Part shown: piece after piece, positions 51,169 through 61,678 of the stretch
Numbering within the stretch: position 1 is the stretch's first letter
Layout of the letters: each line of letters starts with the position of its first letter
Source: an uncultured Acidobacteriota bacterium
Lineage (GTDB): Bacteria > Actinomycetota > Acidimicrobiia > Spongiisociales > ZC4RG35
Reading direction: 5' to 3'
DNA: 64,000 nucleotides
Assembly (NCBI GenBank): GCA_963828465.1
Contig: CAWHEU010000029.1
Span: 1 to 64,000 of the forward strand
The notes under the pieces: generated by a model
Seen by the model: the letters and a program-made list of their open reading frames with translations, nothing else
Databases searched by the model: none
Told to the model about the DNA's origin: nothing
Translations under genes and position numbers: made by a program

Positions 51169-52569
51169 ATGAGTGGCCAGGCCGATATCGCGGTAGCGGG
51201 TCTCGGGGTGATGGGAGCAAACCTCGCCCTGAATCTGGCCGACAAGGGACACCTGGTCGCCGCCTACAACCGGACCACCTCGGTCACCGACGAGTTCATG
51301 GCAGGCGAGGCCAGGGATCTGGGCGTTCTCCCAGCAACCTCGATAGAAGAGATGGTGGGGATGTTGAGCCGGCCGCGCGTGGTCCTCATCATGGTCACGG
51401 CGGGCAAGCCGGTCGACGCGGTGATCGACAGCCTTCTCGATCACCTGGAAGATGGCGACATCATCATCGACGGTGGGAACTCGCTGTACTCCGATACCGA
51501 CCGACGCCAGGCCTTTGTCGAATCACGGGGCCTCCTCTACCTCGGGATAGGCGTGTCCGGTGGTGAGGAAGGTGCGCGTCACGGGCCGTCGATCATGCCT
51601 GGGGGGAGCAGGAAGGCATGGGAACACGTCGAGCCCATGCTCAAGTCGATCGCCGCCAAAGCTCCCGACGGCAAGCCGTGCTGTGAGTGGATCGGCACCG
51701 GTGGGGCCGGCCATTTCGTCAAAATGGTCCACAACGGCATCGAATACGGTGACATGCAGGTCATCGCGGAGGCCTACGACCTGATGCGACGGGGCTTGGG
51801 AATGAGCCCTGCCGAGATGTCCAAGGTCTTCGCCCGTTGGGACGAAGGCCGGCTTCGCTCCTACCTCATCGAGATCACCAGCGACATCCTGGCCACAGAG
51901 CTGGACGGTCAGCCGATCGTCGACGTGATCCTCGATGCCGCGGGGCAGAAGGGCACCGGCAAATGGACGGTCATCTCATCGTTGGACCTCGGCCAGCCGA
52001 CGACACTCGTGGCCGAGGCGGTCTACGCCCGGATCGTCAGCTCCGACCCCGACGCCCGCAAACGGGCAGCCGCCATCTATGCCAATGGCCTCGGCGCGCT
52101 CGGAGCAGTGACGCCCGACGATGTTGAGAGCGCCCTCTACGCCTCGAAGATCATCTCCTATGCCCAGGGGTTCCGACTGATGCGAGCGGCCTCCGACGAA
52201 TACGGCTGGGATCTCGACCTGGCGACGATCGCCTCGATCTGGCGGGCGGGATGCATCATCCGGGCGGTGTTCCTTGAGGACATCACCGCTGCCTTCCTGC
52301 GCGATCCATCACTTCCCGACATGATCGAGGACGACTTCTTCTCGGGTGCCCTCGAGCATGCCGGAGCGTCATGGCGCGGGGTGGTGGCCGGTGCGGCGAT
52401 GTCTGGCATCCCGGCTCCTGCTTACTCCAGCGCCTTGTCCTACTTCGACGGGATGAGGTCGGAGCGTCTACCGGCCAACCTGATTCAGGCGCAGAGGGAC
52501 TTCTTCGGGGCTCACACCTTCGAACGCTCGGATAGCCCCAGAGGCGAGTTCTTCCACCACAACTGGTAG
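51169..52569 (+). CDS. gnd: NADP-dependent 6-phosphogluconate dehydrogenase
   Basis: GLGVMG, YNRT, GVSGGEEGA, KMVHNGIEY, QAQRDFFGAH. Confidence 0.96.
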   Translation: MSGQADIAVAGLGVMGANLALNLADKGHLVAAYNRTTSVTDEFMAGEARDLGVLPATSIEEMVGMLSRPRVVLIMVTAGKPVDAVIDSLLDHLEDGDIIIDGGNSLYSDTDRRQAFVESRGLLYLGIGVSGGEEGARHGPSIMPGGSRKAWEHVEPMLKSIAAKAPDGKPCCEWIGTGGAGHFVKMVHNGIEYGDMQVIAEAYDLMRRGLGMSPAEMSKVFARWDEGRLRSYLIEITSDILATELDGQPIVDVILDAAGQKGTGKWTVISSLDLGQPTTLVAEAVYARIVSSDPDARKRAAAIYANGLGALGAVTPDDVESALYASKIISYAQGFRLMRAASDEYGWDLDLATIASIWRAGCIIRAVFLEDITAAFLRDPSLPDMIEDDFFSGALEHAGASWRGVVAGAAMSGIPAPAYSSALSYFDGMRSERLPANLIQAQRDFFGAHTFERSDSPRGEFFHHNW

Positions 52570-52600
52570 GGCGGCGGCAGCCCCGGCCGACCGGCGTCTG

Positions 52601-52666
52601 TTTGGCCGAGGCTGCGAAGACGCGTGGTAGTCGAATTCGCGGCCGTGAGGGTTGGCCTCGGCCAAA
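52601..52666. repeat. 12-bp inverted repeat with 42-nt spacer between convergent gnd and serB (REP-like)
   Basis: tttggccgaggc ... gcctcggccaaa. Confidence 0.6.
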
Positions 52667-52678
52667 ATCGGCCGGCAA

Positions 52679-53905
52679 TTAAAGCGGCGGGGTTCCGGGT
52701 ACTGCGATTCGCTCTCCGGTGTCGAAACCCGGATCGGCTTCGTCGGCTTCTTCGACGTGTTGGCGCCGGATCCCCATGGTGAACAGGATCGCGTCCAGGT
52801 AGGGGACCGTGATCGCCGTGTCCGCTTTCTCCTTGACGACGGGCTTCGCATTGAAGGCGATACCAAGCCCCGCCGTGGCCAACATGTCGAGGTCGTTGGC
52901 GCCGTCGCCCACCGCCACAACCTGTGACAGGGGGATGCCTTCAGCCTCGGCGATTGTCTTGAGAAAGGCGGCCTTGCGCGGGCCATCGACGATCTCCCCG
53001 GCGAGCTGGCCGGTGAGGAACCCGTCCTTCATCTCGAGGGTGTTGGAGAGCGAGTAATCGATGCCGAGATCGGAGGCGAGGACATCGGTGAACCGCGTGA
53101 AGCCGGCCGAAACGATGGCCGTGACCAAGCCGAGCCGCTTCAGAGTGCGGATGAAGGTCCGCGCCCCGCTGGTGAGAGTGATGTTCTCGTGGACCCTGGT
53201 GATGGCCGTCTGGTCGAGGCCTTTGAGCAGGCCGACCCGCTCGCGCAACGACTCCTCGAAGTCGATCGACCCGTTCAGGGCGAGACTGGTGAGGTCGGCG
53301 CACCGCTCCTCGGCCCCCGCCTCCCTGGCGAGGAGATTGATGACTTCCTCCTGGATCAGCGTCGAGTCGACGTCCATGATCACCATCCGCTTGCCGCGAC
53401 GCTCCAGACCGTCGCGCTGGATCGCGATGTCGATTGGGCGCTCGGCGGCCGCTCGAACCAGGTTCTCCCTCATCCGGTCCAGGTTCCCGTTGCCGACGAG
53501 GAGCTCATAGCTCACCACCGGGTAGCGGGACAGTCGGTAGATGCGGTCGATGTTCCCTCCGGCGTCGGCGATTGCCGCCGCCACCGATCCGAAGTCTTCC
53601 GGGCCCACTCCCATGCCGATCACTGTCACCACCGACATCGGGCGGGTGGGGGTCGGGGTGTCGTCGACCTTCTCGAACTCGACATTGAGCCCACGCTCCC
53701 AACCGAAGAAGAGAAGGTCTCTGATCGTGGCCCGCTCGCCGGAGACACCGATCAGCACGTTCAGGGTGAGCCGGCCACGGACCACTATCTGCTCGACGTC
53801 ATAGATCTCGACCTCGGCCTCGGCCAGCACCGCCATCAGACCGGCCGAGATCCCCGGCCCATCTGGTCCATGGACCGCGACAAGGATCGTCGAGTGTTCA
53901 GTCAC
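52679..53905 (-). CDS. serB: Phosphoserine phosphatase with two ACT domains
   Basis: GPDGPG ACT, MDVDSTLI HAD motif I, SAGF, GDGANDLDM. Confidence 0.95.
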   Translation of the reverse strand: MTEHSTILVAVHGPDGPGISAGLMAVLAEAEVEIYDVEQIVVRGRLTLNVLIGVSGERATIRDLLFFGWERGLNVEFEKVDDTPTPTRPMSVVTVIGMGVGPEDFGSVAAAIADAGGNIDRIYRLSRYPVVSYELLVGNGNLDRMRENLVRAAAERPIDIAIQRDGLERRGKRMVIMDVDSTLIQEEVINLLAREAGAEERCADLTSLALNGSIDFEESLRERVGLLKGLDQTAITRVHENITLTSGARTFIRTLKRLGLVTAIVSAGFTRFTDVLASDLGIDYSLSNTLEMKDGFLTGQLAGEIVDGPRKAAFLKTIAEAEGIPLSQVVAVGDGANDLDMLATAGLGIAFNAKPVVKEKADTAITVPYLDAILFTMGIRRQHVEEADEADPGFDTGERIAVPGTPPL

Positions 53906-53992
53906 AGGCCCTCAGGGTAAAGGCCTCGATGCCTTGCACAATGTCAGGCCGTTACCATCGGCCGCGTCCACAGTTCATGGGGAGGCTTCCAA

Positions 53993-56551
53993 TTGTCTGA
54001 GTACCCGTTCCGGTTGCCCCGGACCGCGATCCCTGTCCACTACGACCTCCGCCTCGAGCCGGATCTGGGCACCTTCACCTTCGACGGAGAGGTCTCTATT
54101 CGGATCGGCATCACGGAGACCCTCAATGAGATAGTCCTCAATGTCGCCGAGATCGACATCAAGACCACGACGCTCAGTGGAGAGGACGGAGAGACCGCGG
54201 TCACCGGGGTCACTTACGACAACGAGTACTCCAGGGCCACGTTGACGCTGGAGCACCCCGTGGCCCCCGGCACATACACCCTCGGCATCACCTACACAGG
54301 GATCATCAACGACCAGCTCCGTGGGCTCTATCGGTCGATCTACCGCGACGAGGACGGGACCGAGCACGTCATCGCCACTTCGCAGTGCCAGGCCACCGAC
54401 GCCCGCCGCGTTCTCCCATGCTGGGACGAGCCGGACTTGAAGGCAACGTTCAAGACCACGATGGTCGTCGCGGAGGGGATGGAGGCCTTCTCGAATGGCG
54501 CCGAGATCTCCAGGACCACTCTCGACGACGGCAAGGTCCGCTTCGAGTTCACCGAGACGATGAAGATGTCCACCTACTTGCTGGCCTTCATCGTGGGTCC
54601 CTTCGAGGCGACCGACCCTGTTTCGAGCAAGGACACGGCGATACGGATCATCGTTCCCAAAGGAAACCTCCACCTCACCGCTCTCGCCCTGGAGAACGCC
54701 GTCTTCTGTTTCGAGTACCTCTCCGATTACTACGGGATCCCATACCCGGAGCAGAAGCTGGACCACATCGCCATCCCCGACTTCGCCGCCGGTGCCATGG
54801 AGAACGTCGGGCTGATCACGTATCGGGACGCCTATCTCATGCTCGACGAGGCGAAGGCGAGCCAGAGTGAGCTTCAGGCCTGCCTCGACGTGATCGGGCA
54901 CGAGATCGCCCATCAGTGGTTCGGCAACCTGGTCACCATGCGGTGGTGGGAGGGCGCCTGGCTCAACGAGGCGTTCGCCAGCTTCATGGAGCTGAAGGCC
55001 ACGGATTCCAGGAAGCCGGACTGGAAGCGGTGGCTGGCCTTTGCCAACCTCGAGGTGCCATGGGCGATGGGCACCGACCAGCTGGCGACGACCCGGCCCA
55101 TCGAGTTCGAGGTCAACTCGCCGGCCGAAGTCGACGAGATGTTCGACTCCATCACCTATGGCAAGGGCTCGGCCGTCTTGAGGATGATCGAGCAATTCAT
55201 CGGCGAAGAGGAGTTCCGCACCGGGGTTGGCAACTATCTGCGCAAGCACGAGTACGCCAACACGGTCACAAGCGACCTCTGGGAAGGGCTGGACGGCGCA
55301 GCCGACTGGCCGGTCGGCGAGATCATGGACACCTGGGTCAACCAGAAGGGTTTCCCTCAGATCGATGTCAGGGTCGTGCCGGAGGGAATCCATCTCAGCC
55401 AGCGCCGCTTCCTGGCCATACCGGACGAGACCGACATGACGATCTGGGACGTCCCCATCCAACTGCGCGGTGTCGTAGACGGTGAGCCCTTCGAGACGAA
55501 GGTCCTCCTCACCGACGACGAGACGGTGGTCCCGATCGAGGGCCCGTTCGACTTCGTGGTCGCCAACGCCGGTGGTCATGGGTTCTACCGGACCCGTTAC
55601 TCCGACGAGCTGTTCACCGGACTCCTTGGCCACCTCGACACTCTCGGCGATATCGAACGACACAGCCTCGTCTCGGATACGTGGGCAATGGTTCGTTCGG
55701 CTCAAGTGCCGGCGTCCGCCTTCCTCGACCTGGTCGGCAAGTTTGGCCAGGAGACCGAGCACGCCGTGTGGTCGGTGATCATCGGCGGGCTCCGGTCACT
55801 GGAGCATCACGCTCTGGAAGAGCAGACCCGTCCCGCGTTCGAGACGTTCGTCCGCGATCTGGTCGGACCCGTCCTCGACCGTCTCGGTTGGGAGGGGTCA
55901 GGCGACGAGAGCGACCTCACCCGGAAGCTGCGGGGCGACCTGATCGCAGCCCTGGGCATCCTGGGTGACGAGCCCTCCACCGTCGAAAAGGCGCGGGAGC
56001 TCGCCGGCGACGTCCTCGAGGGCGCCCAATTCGATCCCGAAGTGTGCACCGCCGCCCTGTCGGTCTACTCGCACCACGGAGGGGCCGAGGAATACGAGGC
56101 GCTATGGGCCGCCTATCACAAGACCAACGCCCCGGCCGAGAAGGTCCGTTATCTCCGCTCCGTTGCCGGGGTCGAGGTGGAGGAACTGGCGCTGTCGACC
56201 ATGGAGAAGATCGTCAGCGGCGACATCAGGACCCAGGACGGGTTCTGGGTCTTCGCCCGCCTCCTGTCGGGCGAAGCCGGGCCCACCGTGTGGCAAGACG
56301 CCCGGAGCCGGTGGGACGAGGTGCTGGGGGTGATGCCAGGCATGACCAGGAGACGGGTGGTGGAGGGTCTACCCGCCCTCTCCCAGCCAGAGGTCGCAGC
56401 CGACGTGAAAAGCTTCTTCGCCGAGCACCCCATCCCCGAGGCTGCCCGCTTCCTCACCCAGAATCTCGAGCTCCTCGACACCAATGTCCTACTCCGCGAA
56501 CGGGAGACTCCAGTGGTCACCGAGTACTTCCGGGATACACCAACTTCCTGA
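53993..56551 (+). CDS. M1 family aminopeptidase (PSA/ERAP1-type)
   Basis: GAMEN, HEIAH...WLNEAFA, ITYGKG, ERAP1_C-like tail. Confidence 0.94.
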   Translation: MSEYPFRLPRTAIPVHYDLRLEPDLGTFTFDGEVSIRIGITETLNEIVLNVAEIDIKTTTLSGEDGETAVTGVTYDNEYSRATLTLEHPVAPGTYTLGITYTGIINDQLRGLYRSIYRDEDGTEHVIATSQCQATDARRVLPCWDEPDLKATFKTTMVVAEGMEAFSNGAEISRTTLDDGKVRFEFTETMKMSTYLLAFIVGPFEATDPVSSKDTAIRIIVPKGNLHLTALALENAVFCFEYLSDYYGIPYPEQKLDHIAIPDFAAGAMENVGLITYRDAYLMLDEAKASQSELQACLDVIGHEIAHQWFGNLVTMRWWEGAWLNEAFASFMELKATDSRKPDWKRWLAFANLEVPWAMGTDQLATTRPIEFEVNSPAEVDEMFDSITYGKGSAVLRMIEQFIGEEEFRTGVGNYLRKHEYANTVTSDLWEGLDGAADWPVGEIMDTWVNQKGFPQIDVRVVPEGIHLSQRRFLAIPDETDMTIWDVPIQLRGVVDGEPFETKVLLTDDETVVPIEGPFDFVVANAGGHGFYRTRYSDELFTGLLGHLDTLGDIERHSLVSDTWAMVRSAQVPASAFLDLVGKFGQETEHAVWSVIIGGLRSLEHHALEEQTRPAFETFVRDLVGPVLDRLGWEGSGDESDLTRKLRGDLIAALGILGDEPSTVEKARELAGDVLEGAQFDPEVCTAALSVYSHHGGAEEYEALWAAYHKTNAPAEKVRYLRSVAGVEVEELALSTMEKIVSGDIRTQDGFWVFARLLSGEAGPTVWQDARSRWDEVLGVMPGMTRRRVVEGLPALSQPEVAADVKSFFAEHPIPEAARFLTQNLELLDTNVLLRERETPVVTEYFRDTPTS

Positions 56552-56633
56552 CAAACGAGCGCACGGCTTCGCTGACCGATGAGTCTGGGCGGCCGCGCCA
56601 GTCCAAGAACTGAACGGCGAAACGGAGTACGTC

Positions 56634-57167
56634 ATGACACCCGGCGGCACACCTGGGAACACCGAGACCTTCGACATGGTCCTGACACGCACCTTCGACG
56701 CGCCCGTGGGCGAGGTGTGGAAGGCATGGACAGAAGGCGACTACATCCGCGAGTGGTGGGGACCGAGTGGGTTCACCGCTCCGGTCGCCGAGATGGACGT
56801 GCGCGAGGGAGGGGCGTCTTTGGTGGCGATGCGAGCTCCCGACGAGATGGGTGGGTTCGAGCATTTCAACACCTGGAGTTACCAGAAGGTCGCGCCGGAG
56901 GAACGTTTGGAGTTCACGTCGCGATTCGCAGACCAGGACGGGAACGCGATCGATCCCGCTTCGGTCGGCATCCCTCCTGGCATTCCGATAGAAGTGCCCC
57001 ACGTCTTGACCTTCGCATCGAGATCGGACGGCAGGACCGACTTCACCGTGACCGAATACGGATACACCTCTCCCGACGTGGTCGAGCTGTCGCGGGCAGG
57101 CATGGACCAGTGCCTCGACAAGTTGGCCGCTCTGCTCGCCCAGACTCCTCCACCAACTGACATATGA
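56634..57167 (+). CDS. SRPBCC/AHSA1 domain protein
   Basis: TRTFDAPV..VWKAWT, WWGP.GF, DVREGG, CLDKL. Confidence 0.88.
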   Translation: MTPGGTPGNTETFDMVLTRTFDAPVGEVWKAWTEGDYIREWWGPSGFTAPVAEMDVREGGASLVAMRAPDEMGGFEHFNTWSYQKVAPEERLEFTSRFADQDGNAIDPASVGIPPGIPIEVPHVLTFASRSDGRTDFTVTEYGYTSPDVVELSRAGMDQCLDKLAALLAQTPPPTDI

Positions 57168-57197
57168 AAGAGGCCCCGGCTAGGCCGGGACCCTTTC
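57166..57197. terminator. Terminator between convergent SRPBCC gene and rplL
   Basis: gaaagaggccccggc-tag-gccgggaccctttc imperfect hairpin. Confidence 0.65.
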
Positions 57198-57217
57198 GCA
57201 GAACGTCAAACCGCTGA

Positions 57218-57619
57218 CTACTTCAGCTCGACACTGGCGCCGGCGGCCTCGAGGACCTCCTTGGCCTTGTCCGCGGTCTCCTTGTCGACGGCCTCGAGCA
57301 CATTGGCCGGGGCGCCGTCGACGAGATCCTTGGCCTCCTTGAGACCGAGACTGGTCAGGCTACGAACCTCTTTGATGACCTGGATCTTCTGAGCGCCGGC
57401 GGCGGTGAGGACGACGTCGAACTCGTCCTGTTCTTCGGCGGCGACAGCCGCACCACCGTCGCCACCTGCGGCGGGGGCGGCAGCAACCGCAACCGGGGCG
57501 GCGGCAGTCACTTCGAACTTCTCCTCGAAGGCATCGAGGAACTCCTTGAGCTCGAGGACGGTCATGCCCTCGAAGGTTGCGATCAGCTCATCGGTGCTGA
57601 GCTTGGTCTTGGTGGCCAT
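57218..57619 (-). CDS. rplL: 50S ribosomal protein L7/L12
   Basis: [34 protein letters not shown]. Confidence 0.98.
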   Translation of the reverse strand: MATKTKLSTDELIATFEGMTVLELKEFLDAFEEKFEVTAAAPVAVAAAPAAGGDGGAAVAAEEQDEFDVVLTAAGAQKIQVIKEVRSLTSLGLKEAKDLVDGAPANVLEAVDKETADKAKEVLEAAGASVELK

Positions 57620-57622
57620 TTC

Positions 57623-58234
57623 TCACTCCTCCTCGGCCGAGACGGCCGTTTCGGTTTCAACGGGCTCATCCGCGGGCAGGGTGGCAGTCGATTCGCCTCC
57701 TGCCGGTGCGAGCTCGCCCGACTCTTTCTTCTCCAGAAGCTGTTGGAACATCGTTGCGGCGCTTCGATTGAATGACGCAAACAACCCGGCCGCCTGTATG
57801 AGCGGGGCCTTGGCGGCGCCTGCGATCTTCGCCAGCAAGATCTCGCGGGGCTCGATCTCGGCCAGCCGCGAGACTTCCTCCGGGCCGAGGATGGACCCCG
57901 AGAGCACGCCAGCCTTCAGGATGAAGACCTCATGCGACCTCGAGAAGTCCTTGAGGGCCTTCGCCGTGGCCACAGGGTCGCTCTTGGCGAATGCGAGCGC
58001 AGTCGGCCCGAGCAGATGCTCGTCGAGACCGGTGATCCCTGCGTCGTCAGCGGCAAGCCTGGCCAAAGTCATCTTCACGACCTTGTACTCGGCGCCACTG
58101 GCACGCAGGCTCGCCCGCAATTCCTGGACCGCTTTCACGGACAGGCCGCGGTACTCGGTCAGGAAGACCGCTTCGGATCCCTCGAGGCTCTCTTTGATTT
58201 CGGCAACAGCCTGGACCTTTTCTGGTCTTGGCAT
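57623..58234 (-). CDS. rplJ: 50S ribosomal protein L10
   Basis: EYRGLSV, YKVVK.TLARLA, GPTALAF. Confidence 0.97.
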   Translation of the reverse strand: MPRPEKVQAVAEIKESLEGSEAVFLTEYRGLSVKAVQELRASLRASGAEYKVVKMTLARLAADDAGITGLDEHLLGPTALAFAKSDPVATAKALKDFSRSHEVFILKAGVLSGSILGPEEVSRLAEIEPREILLAKIAGAAKAPLIQAAGLFASFNRSAATMFQQLLEKKESGELAPAGGESTATLPADEPVETETAVSAEEE

Positions 58235-58254
58235 TCGCTCCTCCGGTCGGTAGA

Positions 58255-58350
58255 CAACAAAACCCCTCGGTATCAGACGAGGGGCTCACGAGGAGCGACC
58301 TGCGTTGGCGGGAGAATCCCATTGAGCCCGAGGGCACCGACGGTCTGGGG
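58255..58350 (-). promoter_or_regulatory. L10 leader (autogenous control element) with downstream hairpin
   Basis: CAGACCGTCGGT...CCCGCCAACGCAGGTC then cccctcg...cgagggg-tttt, directly upstream of rplJ. Confidence 0.7.
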
Positions 58351-58456
58351 CCGAGGTATTGGAGTTGCGGGGCGAATTGTACCGGGCGACCGGCGCTCGG
58401 CAACTCCGAGGTTTGTGACAGGCGGCCGGGAGCCGATCGGTGGGTAGGGTGGCCCG

Positions 58457-59275
58457 ATGCCCGATTCAACGAGTGGCTACGCCCCGTCCGGGGATGCTCG
58501 CATCGCCTACGAGACGGCCGGGGAAGGACAGCCGGTCCTCTTCATCCATGCGGGCATCGCCGACCGGAGGATGTGGCGTTCTCAGCTCACCGAGGTCCCG
58601 CCAGGCTTCCGTTATGTGAGCCTCGATCTCCGAGGCCACGGGGCCACGGCCCTCACCGAGGCGCGATTCTCCAACCACGAGGACGTCCTGGCGGTGATGG
58701 ACCATCTCGACATCGACAGCGCGGTGGTAGTCGGGTGTTCGATGGGCGGAGGGACTGCCTTCGACGTCGCCCTGGTCGCTCCCGATCGGGTCTCCGGTCT
58801 CGTGGTGATCGGAACCGGCGCGCCCGGTTTCGACGTCGACGAATACGAGTCTCCACAGTGGCCCGAGGTGCTGAAGGCGTACGAGGCCGGCGACATGGCC
58901 CGCGTTGCGGAGTTGGACGCGGAGATCTGGGTCATCGGGTATGGGCGGAGCCGGGACGAGGTCGACCCGGACGTCATGGACACGATGATCGAGATGGACC
59001 TGGTGATCCTCCCCATGGAGGATCGCCGGGACGAGCTACTCATCCCTCTCGACCCGCCCCGGGCCGAGAGGTGGAACGAGATCGCGACTCCGACATTGGT
59101 CATGGTCGGCGAGCACGATCTGCCAAATTGCCGTCAATCGGCAGAGCTGCTGGCCAATGCCCTCAGTGATCATGATCCGATCGTGGTTCCCCGCGCCGCG
59201 CATCTGCCGAGCATGGAGCAGCCGGAGGAGTTCAACCGCGCCCTGGTCGGCTTCCTACAGGGCCTCTCTGTCTGA
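58457..59275 (+). CDS. Alpha/beta hydrolase
   Basis: FIHAG, DLRGHG, GCSMGG, GEHD, AAHLP. Confidence 0.92.
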   Translation: MPDSTSGYAPSGDARIAYETAGEGQPVLFIHAGIADRRMWRSQLTEVPPGFRYVSLDLRGHGATALTEARFSNHEDVLAVMDHLDIDSAVVVGCSMGGGTAFDVALVAPDRVSGLVVIGTGAPGFDVDEYESPQWPEVLKAYEAGDMARVAELDAEIWVIGYGRSRDEVDPDVMDTMIEMDLVILPMEDRRDELLIPLDPPRAERWNEIATPTLVMVGEHDLPNCRQSAELLANALSDHDPIVVPRAAHLPSMEQPEEFNRALVGFLQGLSV

Positions 59276-59374
59276 TCGCGGCCATGAATGGCGCCACAAA
59301 CCCGAAGTACGCCCCCACCTTCCAGATTCTCCCTGGACACCCCCAACGGGTCGCGCGACACTATTGACATTGAG

Positions 59375-59583
59375 AACAGGGGGTCTCCGTGTGACCGGGT
59401 GGGTTCCCTGACCGCCCCCACCCGCTCTTCGGACCCCAAATAACTGAGGGTCGCGTAACCGACAGTTGAGACCAGCCCCTACCCTGGTCCACAGACGAGT
59501 CGTCGGAAGCGTGCGGACGGTGGACCTGGCAGCCGAAGCCCTCTAAGCCCACGGGATCCCGAAGCGCGGAGATCCCCCCTGTT
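59375..59583 (+). ncRNA. Candidate 6S/Ms1-like rod-shaped ncRNA
   Basis: 5' aacagggggtctccgtgt pairs with 3' gcgcggagatcccccctgtt; nested stems and central bubble; no credible ORF; terminator follows. Confidence 0.55.
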
Positions 59584-59585
59584 TG

Positions 59586-59623
59586 ATAAGAAAGGCCCCC
59601 GCTCAAGCGGGGGCCTTTCTTAT
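59586..59623. terminator. Bidirectional terminator (candidate ncRNA / rplA)
   Basis: ataagaaaggcccccgct-ca-agcgggggcctttcttat perfect 18-bp inverted repeat. Confidence 0.9.
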
Positions 59624-59647
59624 GAGTGGTGGGTTGTGCGTGGTGGC

Positions 59648-60365
59648 TCAACCGGCCGCTTTCGCAAAGTCCTCGAGGCTTCCCACATCGACCTTGACCC
59701 CAGGGCCCATGGTCGACGACAGCGTCATCTGCTTGAGGTACCGACCCTTGGATGCCGCCGGCTTGGCTCTGAGCAACTCTGAGGAGAGGGCGGCGAGGTT
59801 GGACGTCAACTGGTCGACGCCAAACGAGACCTTGCCCACCGGGACATGGACATTCCCGTAGCGGTCGTTGCGATACTCGATGCGACCTGCTTTGAACTCG
59901 GAAACGGCCTTGGACACATCCGGCGTGACCGTCCCGGCCTTCGGGTTGGGCATGAGACCCCGCGGTCCGAGGATCTTCCCCAGCTTGCCGACCTCGGCCA
60001 TCATGTCTGGGGTAGCGATGGCGACATCGAAATCGAGCTCACCGCCGGCCTGGAGCTTCTCCACGAGCTCTTTGCCCCCGACGATGTCGGCCCCAGCCTC
60101 GGTAGCCTCTTTTTCGCGGTCCGACGGGGCGAAGACCGCCACCCTCACATCCTTGCCTGTCCCGTGAGGGTAGCGAGACCGTGCCACGGACGAGTTGGTC
60201 TGCCTTCTTGGGATCGATCCCCAGCCCGAACACCGCTTCGACCGTCTCGTCGAATTTGGCGGGAGCCAGCGTCTTCACCAGCTCGAGGGCCTCTTCCGGC
60301 CCGTAAGGGGTCTGCTTGTCGTACCGCATTGCGGCCTCGCGGTACTTCTTGCCATGTCTGGCCAT
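59648..60365 (-). CDS. rplA: 50S ribosomal protein L1; frameshift near 60170
   Basis: [18 protein letters not shown]|[23 protein letters not shown]. Confidence 0.96.
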
Positions 60366-60421
60366 GTTCTCTCCTTGTGGTCCAGGCGGCCTTGCAGCCT
60401 CCCACTTCCGGGTCAGCGAGG

Positions 60422-60850
60422 TCAGTCGCTGACAGTGATGCCCATGGATCGGGCGGTGCCCTCGACGATCTTCATGGCGCCCTCGATATCGACGGCATTC
60501 AGATCGGGCATTTTCGTCTCGGCTATCTCCTTGACCTGAGCCCTGGTCACCTTGCCGACCTTCACCTTGTTCGGCTCACCCGAGCCCTTGTCCACCCTGG
60601 CGGCCTGACGGAGCAGGGCGGCAGCGGGTGGTGTCTTCATCACGAAGTCGAACGACCGGTCCTCGTAGATCGAGATTTCGACCGGGATGATCTGCCCTCG
60701 CTGGCTGGCGGTGGCGTCGTTATAGGCCTTCACGAAGTCCATCAAGTTGACTCCGTGCGGGCCCAAGGCGGTGCCTACCGGAGGGGCAGGGGTGGCCTGC
60801 CCGGCGGGCAGCTGCAATTTCAGCGTGGTTACAAGTCGTCTGCGTCCCAT
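60422..60850 (-). CDS. rplK: 50S ribosomal protein L11
   Basis: [28 protein letters not shown]. Confidence 0.98.
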   Translation of the reverse strand: MGRRRLVTTLKLQLPAGQATPAPPVGTALGPHGVNLMDFVKAYNDATASQRGQIIPVEISIYEDRSFDFVMKTPPAAALLRQAARVDKGSGEPNKVKVGKVTRAQVKEIAETKMPDLNAVDIEGAMKIVEGTARSMGITVSD

Positions 60851-60874
60851 GATTCTCTCCGTGCCGTTGTGGCA

Positions 60875-61678
60875 CTAACTCTTCTGGATGTCCTCGAAAC
60901 CGAGCTCGACAGGAGTATCCCGGCCGAAGATGTTGACGAGGACCACGATCTTCTGCTGATCGATGTTCATGTCCTCGATGACGCCGTTGAAGTCGGCGAA
61001 CGGGCCGGTGACTACCCGGACCTGCTCTCCAACCTCCCACTCGGGTTTGAAGCGTGGCTTGGCCTTCTCCTCTTCCTCCTGGACGCCGAGGAACCGCTCG
61101 ACCTCCCTGCGGGAGAGGGGCGTTGGCTTCTGCGCGTTGCCGGCGACAAACCCGGTTACGCCGGGAGTGTTGCGGACCGCGTACCAGGAGTCGTCGTCGA
61201 GGGTCATCCGCACGAGGATGTAACCCGGGAATACCTTCTTAGAGACGGTCTGCTTCTTTCCACCCTTGAACTCGACCATGTCCTCCATCGGGATGTGGAC
61301 CTCGAAGATCCGGTCCTCCATGTGCATCGACTGGATCCGGGTCTCGAGGTTGGCCTTGACCTTGTTCTCATAGCCCGAGTAGGAGTGGATGACATACCAG
61401 TCACCGGGCATGTCGTAGGGGCTAGCCGAAATCTGCGGCGCGGCCTCTTCGCCCTCGACGTCGCTCTCATCGGACGCTTCGACCCCTTCGTCGGCGACGG
61501 CCTCCTCGACGACGGTCCCATCCACGTCAACCGGCTCGATCTCGACAGTGTCGACTTCGGTCGTGTCGATCTCGACCTCGGGCTCGGGGGTCCCGACGTC
61601 GTCGGTGACCTCGTCGGTGTCTTCCCCTGGGGCCTCTACGTCCGGGTTCTCCATCTCGGCGGTCTCCACGTCGGGCAT
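60875..61678 (-). CDS. nusG: Transcription factor NusG with acidic N-terminal extension
   Basis: WYVIHSYSGYENKV, FPGYILV, VRNTPGVTGFV, GPFADF, IFGRDTPVEL. Confidence 0.97.
   Translation of the reverse strand: MPDVETAEMENPDVEAPGEDTDEVTDDVGTPEPEVEIDTTEVDTVEIEPVDVDGTVVEEAVADEGVEASDESDVEGEEAAPQISASPYDMPGDWYVIHSYSGYENKVKANLETRIQSMHMEDRIFEVHIPMEDMVEFKGGKKQTVSKKVFPGYILVRMTLDDDSWYAVRNTPGVTGFVAGNAQKPTPLSRREVERFLGVQEEEEKAKPRFKPEWEVGEQVRVVTGPFADFNGVIEDMNIDQQKIVVLVNIFGRDTPVELGFEDIQKS

Noticed and set aside
59375-59623. Riboswitch or T-box leader
   Set aside because: No downstream gene on the same strand (rplA is convergent) and no recognisable aptamer or T-box consensus.
61410-61678. Acidic low-complexity N-terminal extension of NusG as a novelty
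   Set aside because: Acidic Ala/Glu-rich N-terminal extensions are already known in actinobacterial NusG.
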